Shown here one piece after another: positions 12,286-27,700 of a DNA stretch of 64,000 bases (the first letter of the stretch is position 1; every line of letters starts with the position of its first letter). The notes under the pieces are model-generated. The model made no database searches. It saw only the letters and a list, made by a program, of their open reading frames with translations, and was not told the origin of the DNA. A program made the position numbers and the translations under genes. The stretch is from Centroscyllium fabricii. Lineage: Eukaryota. The stretch is taken from positions 114,638,001 to 114,702,000 of the forward strand of contig JBNRSN020000010.1 of NCBI GenBank assembly GCA_051313645.2, written 5' to 3'.

Positions 12286-14289
12286 AGCAAGTGCCTGAAC
12301 CACAAAATGAAAATGTAATTTGCCAAGATTGTAACATATTTGAAAGGCTCTCGGTAGAAAAAACCAACAGGGTTCCTCCATTTAGAAAAATAGTGCAGAC
12401 AAATAGATTAAATTCCCTTTCGAAACTTAATATGGTTGCATCCTCCGATCCAAATTTCTGAAAAAAGCTACCACTCCTTGACTATGTCCTAGTATGAGAT
12501 TGTCATTCATCCGTAAAATTGGACTCTCAAAATGTACCCGAATGCTGTCCTGGCAGTATTCAATGACTCAAACTGATGTCGAAGAATAGTTTTTTGTCCA
12601 CCTTGGGGCCAAAAACAGGGTTTGAAAACAGGCTTGTACTGTACATCCCCAATCATCTGTATTATCCATCTTGAACAAAGTACATGTAATTAGGTCAAAT
12701 ATTTCTGTTCTGAAAAAAAATGTTTTAATACATACTTGGAACTTTATTGTTTTGCTTAAATGAAGATACATGAAACTCTGTCAGAAAGCTGGCAATAAAG
12801 AATAGCTCTAGGTTTTACATCAGTGATTAAATTGTAAAATAGAATGTATTTGACTGCAGTTACATGCATAAATTTTCCTTATATATAGTGGTGTGCAAGT
12901 ATTCAAATGTCCTTATATCTTGTTATATATTTACTAATAAAAGTACAATGGCATACACAATGTTATCTATTGAATGTTACTATACTAACCCAGAAACTTA
13001 AAAGGAGGGGGAAATAGGAAAATAAATTGGCAAATGTAATAAATTATAACCATCTTTTTAAACTATTACCATCTTTTTAAACTATTAAAGAGAGAGAAAA
13101 AAAGCCTTCACTCCCCATGTTTATGTTCAAAGAAGCCAGGAAGCACTGCCTTAGCCCTGAGCAGCTTAACTGCCAAAATGGAATGCTTTAGATTGCACAC
13201 ATTACCAGTTAAGAAGCCCCGGGCACTGGAAGAGATTGCTGACATCATTGTCTGTAAATGGTTTGCCATAAAGCTGCAACTAATGCAAATGGAATGTAAT
13301 AACCCACTCACGTATTTGTACCTTTCAGTGGAAAAGAATACTAACTCCTATTTACAGCCAGCTCTATTGTGTACAATTATCAGAATCAGTAAGTTATATA
13401 AGACAATAAATACATAATAGTGCAAATAGTAGCACAGTTCAAAACAAACCTTGGTACATGAGAAGTTAATTATCTAGTGCCCTTGCTGGAGCTCTTGTAC
13501 CCTTGCATTCCTGAATAAATCAATCCTTTCTGAAGGGCTGGTTGCCAGAAGCAACAATACATTCAATGATACAGGAGTCAAATCTATAACTTTCATTGTT
13601 GTGTGTTTTAAAAACAAAAATCTGAACAAAAACGTTACAAAGTTAGAACCATTAGAATGTGAAAATTTGTAGAGTACAATATTGGACACGTCATTGAAAG
13701 CACATTGGAGACAGCCAAAAAGAAATTACAATGTTTAATATCTAAATGATACAGGCTGCAGCAACATACTCCTTCTGTATGATCATTTTAACAGCATCAT
13801 CAGTTATCACACTCTAACCATTTTTCTCAACATTTAACACTCTAGCAACTTTCAATTGGGAATAGGTCCAAACTGATCGGAGAACCTGAAGCTATATTCC
13901 AAATATACAGTCTCAAGCAGCAATTAACCATTTCCTGACTAAGCTGAACCTTTCTTTAAAAATGTAAACTATTTGGCACTTGTTACATCCTGCCAGATAC
14001 CAGATGTGAACAAGCTCTTGTCGTATCCTGCAGACATTCCAAAAACATAAAAGAATTTCTCAGGACCATTTACTGTTAATCAAAAAGGACCATCCTAAAG
14101 AATATTTTGGTACATAGTGGCTATCTTAAGCTTTTTTAATTATGTGCCACAATGAAGCAATGCATTTTTCAATAAACGTTGTACCTTAAATTTAGAGCAA
14201 AATTGGCCTGTGTATATCAACAAATAATATGGCTACTTTTTTATACACATCAAAATGGAGGTTGCCAATACTGGGAATAGAACCTATTT

Positions 14290-14660
14290 TTCCATTTAGA
14301 GCACCAGCAATCAGCTTCAAGCACTTCCAGGCCAAGTACATCACTGTTAGAAACAGTCAAGATCCCCTCTACTCTGCCCCCACCAATGTGTTTTAATATC
14401 AAACTCCGAAGAGCACGCCTTACTGTGCCAACTGATATTGTCTATTTCCTACATTAACTTTCCTCATGGTACTTTTGAGTGAGACTGCCAATGTAGGGCA
14501 GTTTTACGGTGTGGGCCCACACCCACTTGGAACTGGGTTCAGGCGACTAAAATTCATTTCATGTGGAACTCTTCAGTGGACAGAGAAAGGCTTTCAACCC
14601 ATCATTCTAGACTACATTGAGGTCCCTGAAATGAAAGAACAGTGTGCTAACTAGGCTTCA
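14290..14660. mobile_element. Old SINE-like interspersed repeat (second copy at 46020-46340)
   Basis: Shares TACTCTGCCCC..GAAGAGCAC..AGTGAGACTGCCAATGTAGG..GCAGTTTTA with 46020-46340. A shorter related piece lies at about 38760-38860. Confidence 0.55.
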
Positions 14661-17600
14661 ACGTTTACATATTCATTATTTTACTACAATAACCCAAATA
14701 ACTTACATTAATAAGCCTATTTGCATCTTTATAATCTTAAATCAGAGTGGAAGTACTGATTCAGGAATTTAGAATTTCGTAATTGTTTGGTAAATTCAGA
14801 ATTTCAGCTCATTTGGGAAAATAAGTTGTGCAGAAGTGATTATAATTCAAGGTGGGGAAGGACACGAACCTCTCCACTTTATACTGAAAAAAATTATATA
14901 CAAAAATCTTGACACACCTTATTACAACTATCAATCTCAATACCACTGGGAGACACATGAAGTCAGACCTCCCTTCCTGCATGCCACTTCTTGATGTCAC
15001 TGAAGGCACGTATCCAGGAGAATTTCCTTTGAAAACAATGGGGGTCATGACTTACTGGCCCGAGAACCTCTCTGGAATTGTGAGACTGTAGGAAACCATG
15101 CTACTGCCTGGACACGCAGATTTCACAGAAAATAGCATGATTGCTGAGGGTACCATCGTTCTGAAGCAGCCCTCAAGTTAGCCTGAAGTTGTGGCTGCCG
15201 TTGTTTTCTACGCAGTTAGTCTGGACATGCCCAGTTGGGACGTCACACAGCAGCTGAGCAGGGCTAGAAGCCCAAGCTCACGTGCTTCCTCGTGGGTTAT
15301 ATATTTGAAATTTCTTTAAAAAGAATTTCAGTATAAGATCGGAGCACACTTAGAATAAAAAGTGTGAGGCCTAGATTTACCTCCCCCTTTAACTATAATA
15401 TTTTTAAACTAGCAATCACAGATGAAAAGCCTTTGCAGGAATCCCATTTAATGATATTTACGTCAGTAGCAATTTTGGAAATATTTCCCACAATTGGTAT
15501 CAAGATTGTCACAACAGCTTAGCCTGCAATGGTTTTCTAGCTATAATTAAAAAAAATATTTTTGGAAACCTTGATAACACAGCAAGTACAAGAAGCAGAA
15601 ACCCAATATGTTTCTTTATTTCCGTAAAATATGTTTCATTATTTCCATCCATGAAACTAACTAATGCATTTAGTTTCTACTTCATATGGAAACAAAATCG
15701 TATTTCACAGCGAGGCATTGAGCTTCCTTGACTTGTTTACCTGAATAGTATTTTCCATTAGTAAGAACAGCTGTTTGCTCATTCAAGCACTAACCAGTGA
15801 CAGTGCAAAGAAATGGGTTGGGTGGGGGGGGGGGGGGGGGAAGAGGGGGGATCCAGGGCCTCATCATTAATTTTGCCTAGCATCACGGGACAGGTTCAGC
15901 AATAATAGCCTCCTTAATTAAGATCCTGTTTAAACTGAACATGACTGAATCCAGAGACATAAATAACCTGTTTGTGAGAAATGCTATATTTCGATCGGCG
16001 TTTCTATAAATGGTAAAGAAAAATAACCAATTGGTAAATTTCACAGGCAGTTTAGTCAATACTGCAACCTAGCAAAAAATAACAGATTACTTAAAGACAA
16101 ATATATTTGACATTGTTCCAAAATATGCTACTGTCTCTAGGTAAGACTTCAGTTTTGAATTTTATATCTTGATTTTATGTCTACCCGCTTATACATCAAG
16201 TGTTAAAAATTCGTCAAAATATGAAATTCAGACCTTTTTCAGCTATCTTTACTGTTGGGTAGATATTTTACCTTAATGGCAAAAATACACACATAGTTAG
16301 TTTTAACATGTTAAAAGATGTTCCTGGTATTCCAGTGCTTCACAGCAAAAAATATCAAGAATAAAATGTACCTATGAACTTTAAACTGGTATCCGAAGTT
16401 TGCATTTGGGACTTTCTATCACATATCATCTCTTTCAGCATAGTTGTTCTGTGCCACTTTAGGTGTATTTCAATACAATGCCTAATTTCTAATTCAACCA
16501 GGGATCTCAAATGAAAATAACAAGCAGCAGCTCCATATTTTATTTGTCAGACATTCCCTGAGGCAGGAGAGGCAAATTTTATTTTGTGTCCCTGGCAAAT
16601 ATATATTTTCCCCTTTATTTTTGCACAATTGTGGTCTTAATTGTTAATTTTTCCTTAATATTAGATTTCACTGCTTTCTTTGTTTTACAGTAGTGAATTA
16701 TGTGTCTTTCATTCAACACCTGGCACTTGCCCCTTTAATCATTTCAGGGGGGGGGGGGGGGCTGGAAAGCGGTGGTGTCAACATTTACGAAACAAGATGA
16801 GGTAGAGAATTAGGAAATTAGTCCTTACCAGGTGACTCTAATGGTTTGGTTTTCCTTGCTGGAAAAGAAAATTAAATTTACTATCTTCTGTGTCCTTGGC
16901 CTCAAGCCAAGCTCCCTCACAGAACACGCACTATGTAAGCTATCGGAATACCAATTTTTCTGCCATCTGAACTCCATTGTTCAATTCACTCATGCTCATA
17001 TTCCTTCTCTCTGTAAATTTCAAGCATCTACTGCTTCCTCTTTTGACTGAATCAGCACGGAATCCAAACTCAATCCATTCTTCAACCAAGTGCACAAGTT
17101 GACCTCTACGAGCAATCGTCCAACATAATAAGTATTTATCTTTCTGCAAATTGCTGCTAACTAAATACCACAGATGGCAGCATATGTACAACTATCAGTA
17201 GGCATTTTTTTGTTTTGTGCTTGTTGTGTTTAATGAGATGTGTTACCGAGGTGGATCATTGGCAGAAACGGAGGAAGACCATGTAAACATTGCAAAAAAG
17301 CAAATACCACTGGGATGAAACCAACAATGCAATATTACTTTACATATGCTTGAACATCTGCAATAGCCAACTAGTGTTGTCCAATGCCACACTTCCTCCT
17401 TGAGCCAGCACATGATACTCTGGGATGCAGACATGTTCCTGTCTGCTGTTCCTGTTGCTCTGTGATTTATTGACATCAACTAAGCTTCATTCAGCAACCA
17501 GAACTAAAACTGGTCAAATTTGAACCAACAAAAGCAGAAGAGATCATCAACCAAGCCTGGGATTCAAGCTTGTGATTATCTGGCTGGGGTCCAAAACTCC

Positions 17601-18026
17601 ACAGCTCAAGCCACCAGGCCTCCCCTGTAAAGTCAACTTATAAATACAGAATATATATCAAGGATTTGGCAGCTTACGGGAGATAAACGACTGAGGGTCA
17701 CCTGTTGCTTGCTTCTTGAGCACTGCAACTGGGAGTGAGTAATGTCAGCAGTGACACAAGTTATTTGTTTTCTTCTGTCTCTATTGAAGATACTCACTCC
17801 CAGCTTATATTCTATTAATACATGAATGAATATAATGCTTTACTTGTTTGAAAAGTATTTTGTTGCCTAGTTTCTGCTTTTTGGGCACACTTACTATTTA
17901 AATAACAAAGTTAAGCATATGGTGATCATACCCGTGATGTAATTGATGTTACAAATGATGTTAGGTTCCATCTGGCTGTTACTCACGGAAAGTGTAAACC
18001 ACTAAGTTCAACTGCGCACTTATATT

Positions 18027-18783
18027 GGCTCAGGTTTTGCGGTCTGCAGCGAAGGAAAGGCGCTCGCCGTTCACTACACTGACAGCTGCCCAGTTTTCAC
18101 GGGCTTTTAGCAGAGACTTGCTGTCATTGAGTGTCTGATCCAGCACGGCGCCTTCTACAGAGATCTGTGGCATGCATGAGCAGGATAAGAAACAGGATGT
18201 CTCTTCAACCAATCAGAAGAATATTGACTGAGACACGCAGAGTCTAAACCAGGAAGTATAAGCCAGGCAGTATAAATTAGATTTAAATTATGTATGGAAA
18301 GCAAAATAAGAGGGAAAGAAAGATGGAATTGAGAGATAAGAGAGAGAGAGACAGAAAAAGTAAATAAATTATTAAATTAAAAAAAAAATCTCCAGCACTA
18401 ATTCAATTCTGAAGGAATGAGACTCCATTCTTGTGAAAGTAATTTTTCAGTGCCAGAGAGGTTGTTCGGCAGTAATTATGAATTATCACACCGTTAAAAA
18501 TTCACTAACACCTGAATGTACCAGCCTTAACTTTTTCTGCTGTTTTTAGCGGGTAACTAGTGGATAAGTACCGCAACGCCACGCCCTTACGTGGATTGCA
18601 ATGCTGAGTCTATCAGCGAAGTACTGGTGTCGCGCAGCCTGTGGAGGAGTTGGGTGACTTGAACCACAACTCCCAGACTTCCACGTTTAACTTCTCATGT
18701 GCGTACTCCGGCTGTCCGATTTACGCCGTAAAAACAGTGAGCGCTATTAGCCTCACCATTATTCTCAATGCACGTTCCTGGCC
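18027..18783. mobile_element. Old non-autonomous Harbinger-like element
   Basis: Termini GGCTCAGGTTTTGC...CCTGGCC. The right two-thirds is colinear with 39190-39672 (GAGACTCCA..TTTTCAGTGCCAGAGAGGTTGTT..GTTAAAAATTCACT..AAGTACCGCAAC..GTGAGCGCT). Confidence 0.6.
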
Positions 18784-21700
18784 AATATGAATGTTAGTTA
18801 TTTGAGATTTTTTTTTAAAAATTGCTGCATTTATAACTTACACAAAAGCATACAAAGCTAATCAGCTATACAAACAGAATACAGATGCAAATGCTTCTAC
18901 AAAATTGGAGTCAGATTTTAGTCAGTGAAAGAGTTAAAGAACAGAACATACAACCCAGAGAAATAATTACAGTGGGACTGCAAGTTCCCACAGATGTGTT
19001 TTTATCCGAATCCTTTCATTGTTAGCTTTGTGTTGCAAAGAAACAAAAGACTACAATTCTGAAGCACAAAACCCAACTATCCCAGTACGTACAACTGCAG
19101 CAACAGACAATGCATGCTTCTGCAAATTCCATCAACACATAATGTACAACTGCAGCAATGTAAACCAATATAATGTTCATAAAAAAGCAAAATAACCTTT
19201 TGACTATTCTCTGAAATGATCACACTAAAGACATTCAGACCCTTTCCCCCCTAAATTCCCTTCACCATCAATAAATTATGAATCAGAAGAGAGATTAAAT
19301 CTATAGAAATTACTTTTGCAAGAATACCCTAAATCAATGGCTTTTGCTGAAGTTACAAGGTTTTCAGACAGGGCGACTGAAATGAAAGCTCTGAAGTCTG
19401 CTTCCTATGTTCTAGCCCCAGGGAATTAAATCACACTTTCCCAGATTAGATTCCCCAGCTGGTATATGATACAGCAGAAATGTGCTGGTATTTTTAGCTG
19501 GTGCTCTATCTCAAATCCAGATCAGGCAAAAACAACCATGGCCATGCATTTCCGTGTAATACTTTTAAGAGGGACTGTCTGGTAACCGAAATGAAGACAA
19601 AAACTTCTATGAATTAATTAATCTCGGTGATAATATTAATGAACAGAGTAGCCAGTGCAGGTAATCAGTACATTTTACTACACTAACATTATTTGCTAAT
19701 ATTTATATGCAGTAGTTCAATCACCAACGCTATTTAAACCCTGTAGCAATCCTCATTATGCAATATAAGTATATTCTCATCTGTTTCTTTATATGCAGGA
19801 CGACAGCGTTCAAAAGTGTTGTGTAACCATCAGCACTACCCAACTGCCAAACAGATGTAACAGTATTCTTTTCTACCAACCAACTACCCATTTGCAACTG
19901 CCACACGATATATTTAGTGTGTCAAGAGAAGAAAAATAGCTGGGGAGGGTCAGCCATTAAATCTGTGTGCCAATTCAGCAAAGCCATCTTTGAAATTCAA
20001 CACTCAGCCATCCTGCACTCGAACCTCCACTGCATCATTCTGCAGAATAATCAATTTCTCAGACTGTGCGGTATTCTACTCACATGCCACAGTAATAAAA
20101 GCCTACTTAAATGAGAGGCACAGCAGCTGCCAGAATATAGAGCAGCTAAAAATAAAGCCACGACAGAATTAGTCTTTGCAGCATGACAGTCACAAAGGAG
20201 CAGCTATTCGGTTTCTCTTCTGTCACTATGCAGACGTGCGAGCCCTCAGAAGCATCAATTAACATTGAAATGATTTGTGAATAATACTTCCAATTGGATA
20301 ATGTATCTAATGCTTTAACTTAAGGCTAACTTTGAATCGAAGTAGGAACCTTTTTTGTTTTGTTTGTGCACATTCGAATGACCAAATCCAGAGCTCTGAA
20401 ATGTGTGATAAGTACTCTCACTACTGGAGTTGTGACCCTTTGATGCAATATGAGATTTGGTTTTATTCTTTATATAAATAATTTACAAATGGAACATAAA
20501 ATGCACCTTTAAATAAGACTATTTTTCCCATTTGGGAAGGGTGTAACCAATCATTTCACTGTCACTGAACACTTTTTTCCAGTTAAAAGTATTGTTATTT
20601 CTTCATATTTTAGTTATTTACAGTTTACACAGCATGAAAAGTGCAGTTCTTTCAAATGAAAGCTTTGAAATCCATATAGACACCAAAGATGTGCAAGTTC
20701 AATAAATTTAAGAAAATGTTCACTACAGAAATGTTTTAGTTAAAAAAAACAAAAAAATTGCAGAAAATATATTTTTACATATTGCCTATAAGGTTTCCAA
20801 AGTAATATATTTTATACTGTATTTTTAAATCTTGTACATTGGTAGAAATTGTAAGTAAACTCACAAACATGTACACAAATATTGATATATTCGCATAAAT
20901 GTTTTGGGCTGTAGCAGAAAAATGGCATTAGTCAAATGTGAACAAAAAGTAACAAGCTTCAAATCGATTAACTACCAAAATAAAAGTTAAAAAAAAAAGT
21001 TAAAGTATTTATTTTCATTGATCATTTCTATGCCCCGGTATGAATCATTTGTAGTTGTTATTACACCATCATTCTTACTCTACAGAAGATGATCCTAAAT
21101 ATCACTGGCATATACCAATGGTAATCTTGATTGCAACAGCCCCTAGAAAAAACATTCTTCAAATAGATTACTATGCACACTTGTGGATTACTGTACAATG
21201 CAGGAATTGTAAGAAGACATTCATCTCTGCTCAATGGAGGGAGCTTGATGACAGTAGAGGATTGTTTCTCTGACTTACAGCAGCACAGACTTGTAACATG
21301 TACCAATAACAACTGTTCCTTCAGGAACGCCACTGGGAATGAAGGCTACATCACATGACTGTCTAGTCCAGTAACCAGTCAAGCATAGTTAATTCCATCT
21401 GTGTCCACATTCCTTTCGCTGTCCCAGTTTTCAATCACACAGAAGGGCTTGCCGTTAGCGTGGAAAACATGCACCAAGCTACACTGCAATATATCTACAT
21501 GTTCAGCAACAAAACAAGTGACAAAAATGAGAAAAACCTAATATAACATACAGAAACTAAGTGAATATTTTATACAAATTGTAGAGAAATACAGGTACCA
21601 GCAAATGTGCTTCAATCCGCAACAGAAGGCACAAAAAGACTGTCGCTAACAACTGTGTTTTTCAATCCCTGCCTATTTATACTGTGAAATTATTGTGCAT

Positions 21701-24700
21701 TTTTAAAACATAGCCTCATGTTCTAGCATCATTTCACCATCTGGCAAAAAGTAACACAGTATTAAATTTGTATCGTAGTTTTAGATATTCCAGAAATTAA
21801 AAAGGCAGGTTCATCATTGTCAACACTTTTTTTGAAAATGTTTGTCCAAATACTCACAGTTGGAAATTAAGTCAAATCAGAAGTAGAACAAGATCTATTC
21901 CAGCAGTTTAAGTTCAGCTCCGATTAACTTAGTTTAGGTGAAACACAAAAAAAATCTATTGCAGGATGGTCTTATGAATAAAAGTCCTACACTCCATACT
22001 GATTCGCCTCCCCTTAATTCCATGTTGTAACTAGATCCTTGAGATTATCCGATAGTAAACATTGGTACAGCAACAACAAATATTACAATACCCATGACAA
22101 AACTAATTTTATGTACGTGGAAATGTCACAAACAGATCAAAATTTCAGATTTGATGTGGACCATATGATTAGGCCACAGCTACACCACCTTGCAAAGTGT
22201 GCCAAAGGCTGTAACAAAACTAGACACACAGATGGAGACAGTTAGCAAAACCAGAAATAAGCTGGCCTGCTCCCAGTGTTTCCTTGTTCTTAAATACTCC
22301 ATAATGTAGAGATGGGAGTCAATCGCAAGAAGTGAATCTTATTCACAGCAGGGATTACAACAGAGTGGTTGCACACAGCTGCCGCAAGCAGCTCAATAAA
22401 CACATACAGTACATATAAAATTATATCTTTTCTAAACTTAAATTGCTTTAATAAGAAACTAAAAAAGAAAAATAAGTGGATAAGTCATCCTGTGCAGTCT
22501 TCTGCACCTTGTAGGTTATGAAGTAGCACTGGCTACCAGGGAGAAGATTGCCCATCTTCTTTCTCAACCGGAAACAATGTGATACAGGGATACAAAAAAC
22601 AACAGAAGGGGAAAGATTCACAAAGCAAGCTCCGTCACTTGCCATTTTTAGCACAGGAGATGTCAGTTAATGGGCACCCTTTTAAAGAGCACTTTTGTTT
22701 AAACAGACAATATTTACTCAGGCATCAATTTCCCACATATCCTATAGTGTTCGCTTAATATAAACAATTAGATAATGGAATGTTTTGCTTACAGCTGGAT
22801 TGTTTCCATTAAATATTTGGGGATTCTGGGAACATTTACATGCGAAAATACAACAGCGGGCAAATTCAGGATTGGTGTTGCACTGAAATGCCGTTCAACT
22901 CCTGGTAATAGTATTCTACATTTGACAACTCTTTTTCAGAGCATATCCAGTTCTGTACAATGGCATTATCAAGTTAAACCTTTATTTTTTGATATTAAAG
23001 ACAATACTCCCGATCTACGACATACAAAATCTACATAAACTGAGCAGTAAGACTCCTTTTTAAAGTCTATTTCCTTATCTATCCAGACTCAGCCATCCCC
23101 AAGCTGTGAGTCACACAATAGGTAATTAGAAAACAGATTTATAATAGGGTAAAGAATGCTATTCATAAAAAATGCTCAGCTCCACATAATTCTGCTTCAC
23201 GCCAGAAACAAGAGAATATTTACAAACAAGATATAAAAAGCTTTCAGTATTCAAGAACTAAAATAATTCTAATAATTATTTTTCATAAGTTTTTTTAAAA
23301 TTCCTTTAGCAAAATGTAATGCAGTGTATTGGACAAATATTGGTAATGAACACATTTATGATGATGTGACAGCAGAGCTGTGATAAAGATCAGCAGACAG
23401 AAAATCCTTACTTTACATGCTATTTTTAAATTCAAATGTTTTGGTTTTAAAATTATTTCCTTTCAAATAAAACAAATGAACTTTTATTTGAATACCTGCA
23501 CAATTAGAAATTGCTAAATTCCATCCTAAACAATGTTCAGTAGTGTTATTGTTCTCCAGATTTTGGACTAAACATTTGTTTGAAAACAAACAAATGCAAT
23601 GCTTAAAATCCAGAGAACACTCAGTATGTGTTAGCCAGACTAAAAATATGCTCTGTTGGCCCTTCCTTAAATCTAGCCTGCACATTTTGTAGACATTAGT
23701 TTCACAAGTATCACAGCTGCCTTCAGGGAAACGTATCTATGACAACTCCTCTTCTTGAAAACTTGGTTTCAAAAGATTTTCTAACAGTGTCTAAATTTAT
23801 TCTATACAAAAGTTATTTTTGTCACTGCATAGCAGTTTTTACAAATGCATCTCTGCAGGTAAAACAAAAATGAGAAAATACACAACCACAATTTGTTTGG
23901 TAACTTCAGTAATGTGATGGTAGATCATAAAAAGGTACACTTCTGGGGTGCAAGATTATTTTTCTCCAGAAGGGTCTGACTTTTAATTTAATTATGAGAA
24001 TGTATCTACTAGTTAACATATGAGCTTAAGATTGATTCAAGCATACAAATTGTACCCTTTCCCTCCTTAGATACCTGTTTATACCACAGCTGTGGGTTAA
24101 TAACCAGAAATATTTTCAAAGGCATGACAAGGTGGCTACTGAAATGTTTTCCTACTAAACCCTCAGGCCCAGCAATGAACCACTTCCCTCCGCTACCCTT
24201 TTATTTTACCCATGTCACAGAACTAGTTTATATTGCTAGTTGTGACTCATTTATCCTTTTACATATTTTCCCCAATATGATCAAATTAAATCGGGCAGTT
24301 CTGGCAGTAATGATGGGACTCAGTATTCCACAGCTCAATGAAGGCTACGCTGGATACAATATACATGCAAAGCAGCCAACACACAGCTTTGAGCTACAAC
24401 ATTGCAGCAAAGGAGGTCAAAAAAATCCTGACATCTTTAAACTCTTATTTAAAGTTTAATATTTACTGGTCAATGATTCACAAAGCTAGATATTTAAAAA
24501 AAAGTTTCAGAAAAATATCTAGTATCTAATGGAATATATTGAAGGACCCTCCACTCTCACAATAGTTACTATTACAAATAAATGAGGGATTACTTAAAAG
24601 GCAGCATGCGATATAGACATTTGCATAGGATAAAAGACCATATAGGAAAAGTATTCCCACTCATGATTTAACCCATATTTCACTTGAGTTGTTACTTTTC

Positions 24701-27700
24701 CCAGTTATTACACCGGGGGGAGTTGAAACTCTTTGTCAGAACCCAATTTAATACGCTGTTTAAAATACAACTTTCACTCGGCTGTACTTCTTTTTTGTCA
24801 AACCTTTAAAGAGCACTCTTTAAAAAAAAGTTAGTCATCAATATTTTAACCAAGTCATCTGAAGCAGCTGTTGCAGCGTTTCGAACAGACTGCTTTTTCT
24901 CACCACCAGGAAGAGATCATTACTCCTCCTTCGTGCAGTGCATTCTGGGTTGATTTCAATCCAGCCTGCTTGTGTTCTGCAGCATTGCTATAAAACTTTC
25001 CAGAGAATTCTGGCTCATAAAGTAGTAAATATGTGTTTTGCTTACGAGCCAAAAGTCTCTGGAAAGTTTTATAGCACAGCTACAGGACACAAGCTGGCTT
25101 CAATTAGTTATCTTTCCCAGAATGCATTACATGACGGTGAAACAACAATGTCCCCCAGTGGTGAAACTATTCAATGTTACAAGTAGGCTATCTATACAAA
25201 ACAGCACAACATTTGTAAAGTTAATAGTGGCATTTATGATTTTTTAAATATGGCTCCTATCAAAATACACTATTCAAAAATTGCCTTTCAAAGTCATATA
25301 AAAATGTTAGGATATATTATATATATGGTTTCTCCATTGCAACAGCATCCAGTTACACTGCCGCATCACAACATTCAATGAAAGAATCCTGAAAGTTAAA
25401 AAAGTGATCATAGGAATAATGTTTTCTAAAAAAAGTATATAGGTCTGCAAAGCAATAGCACGTAAAGGGTATGATGACACTATAAACAAGGCTCAAGCAG
25501 TTTATTGACACCAACTTGACCTCTTGATGCAACACTTTCATTGAAAATGAAAATGTTATATAATGCAAAGAAACATGGTGATTTCTTAACACATCATTTT
25601 AATCTTTGTAGCTAGTGTTTTCTGTCAGACAACAACAGATTCCTGTGATCAAATTATGTTACTTGGCAAGCATGTATTCCCCAATTAATTTGGCAAACAC
25701 TGCATCAGGATTTATTTTACTTCTGCAAGACTGTATTAAAACTTCTTTATATAAATAATGAAATAATTTCAGTTTGTATTTTTAATTACGTTTTCTTCCC
25801 TTTTCTTTTGGTCCCCTTACTCCATGTGTCATTCCCGGTTAAGAAAGTGGGGAAGTGGCTTGTACGCAGGCCTCTACCAAAATGCTCGAGCCAGCTTATT
25901 TTACTGATGCTTTACTAAGTATTTGTAAAAACAAGCAAAACTTTCCTGTGAAATATGATCCAACTGGAGAAAGTGTAGCCATGCTGATTACGAGACAACG
26001 TAGAAGAATGCTCACTGAAATGGCACTGGAAAGTTCTTTGCAGCAGTGAACTTTCATCAGCAGACTACTACCTTCAGGCACCCTTCACGGCCTAAAACAA
26101 AGAAACCGAAGCTCCTGACTATATCCATCTGCACTAAAGAGGTACCAAAAAACAAAAAGTAAAAGATATCAAAATCAAACATAAATAAGTACAGATGGCG
26201 AAAATCAAATTCAGTCATGTTTAAAATACACAAACATGCCGTGACTGAAATTATTTCATTTGTAGAAATTGTGCATTAGACCACAATGTCCAACACCTTA
26301 GTATTTTGGCTGAAGCAAACCATTAACATTACAAAGATTAACCAAAGGACTTGGATTAAAGCAGCAGGGCTTTTAAACAAATTACATTATTAAGCATTTA
26401 GATTTAAGGCTGCACAGTCAGTGCTATTCCCAGAGGGAAGTCGCTCATCACTCAATGGTTTGCTAGCTGAGCAATATTCCTAAAAAAAAATCCACAACAC
26501 AATTTCTGTGATATATTTATTTTTTTTAAAAGGAACATTACAGATACAAGGACTTCACACTTATAATCATGTACACTTATCAGCAGAAGTAACAGGATTA
26601 AAGGAAAATGTGCCTTTAGGAGAGTACTTTCAACAGGTTTTTATTTTATTATCTCAAGAGGAATCTATTGGCAAAATATTGCTCAACAACTCTGAACTGA
26701 CCAACTTCATATAAAAACAAATCAGTTGAGGTCATTGGGTCTGATCACTAAATGCAACCATCCATATCCCTTCTGCTTGGCAAACACTGCCCCTGACAAG
26801 ACACTATTACATCAGCAACTGCATATGCTCTTGTAAAATATTGGTCTGCTTGGAGTTATAAGCAGTCTTTTACATAGATTTCTCTCTGTAGGAAATTGTT
26901 TATAAGCCACCCAAATCTATGAGAGATATAAAATGGCAAGTACTTTACATGGCTGCCCCTGCAGGTACTTTCTCCTTTCAGATCTGTTTTCTGAGCAGAT
27001 TTATAATACTGCTCGTGTTCCACAGTTCCACCAGTGGCATGCATGGTGCAAATATTTAAATTATGTTACAAATAGCTGTAGCTTGAGCTACTTTAAAAAT
27101 CAGGAGCCCTACTGTAGGAAAGTGAACACAGATGAGAATGACTACAGAATAAAGGAGATGATAACTCAGCAATGCAAAATGTGGCCAAATAGGATTATGC
27201 AGTACATTTAAATGATCATATTTAAAAGTTATTTGACTGCAGAAAATTTCAGGTCATGACATGCAATAGTTAAGTAGCAACTATTACTTAGACAAGGCAA
27301 ATTTTTAAACACGTCAAACACATCATATGGGGTTAATTTCAATAAAGCCAAAAACGAAGAACTTTGACAATAGGAACATTTGTTTAAATCTCAAATGGAA
27401 CATTTTCTTGGACATGTTCTGTGGTGTTTGCTTAATACAGGGGGTGATGTTTGGATAAAAGTAATTTATTTTCTATACGGGCATTTCCAACTAAGCTTCT
27501 ACTGTAAATAAAAAGTTATACCAGCAACCCCAGCACATTTACTCCAGTTAGCAAAATTACTTACATTAGATGTCAATACAGTAAGAGATGCCATTTTACG
27601 TAATGCCATAAAATATCAGTAAAGTTGAAGTAATTCAATTAATTTGGGCATACAAAGAGAGCACACAAGGGACACACATAGATAATCCTCTTGCAATTCT

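Noticed and set aside
13049-13086. 19-bp direct duplication, plus poly-G runs at about 8158, 15824 and 16747
   Set aside because: Ordinary slippage products with no further structure.
26020-26065. CUGAUGA followed by a hairpin on the minus strand (second hammerhead?)
   Set aside because: No GAAA box after the stem. A similar partial match at about 30440 lacks stem II.
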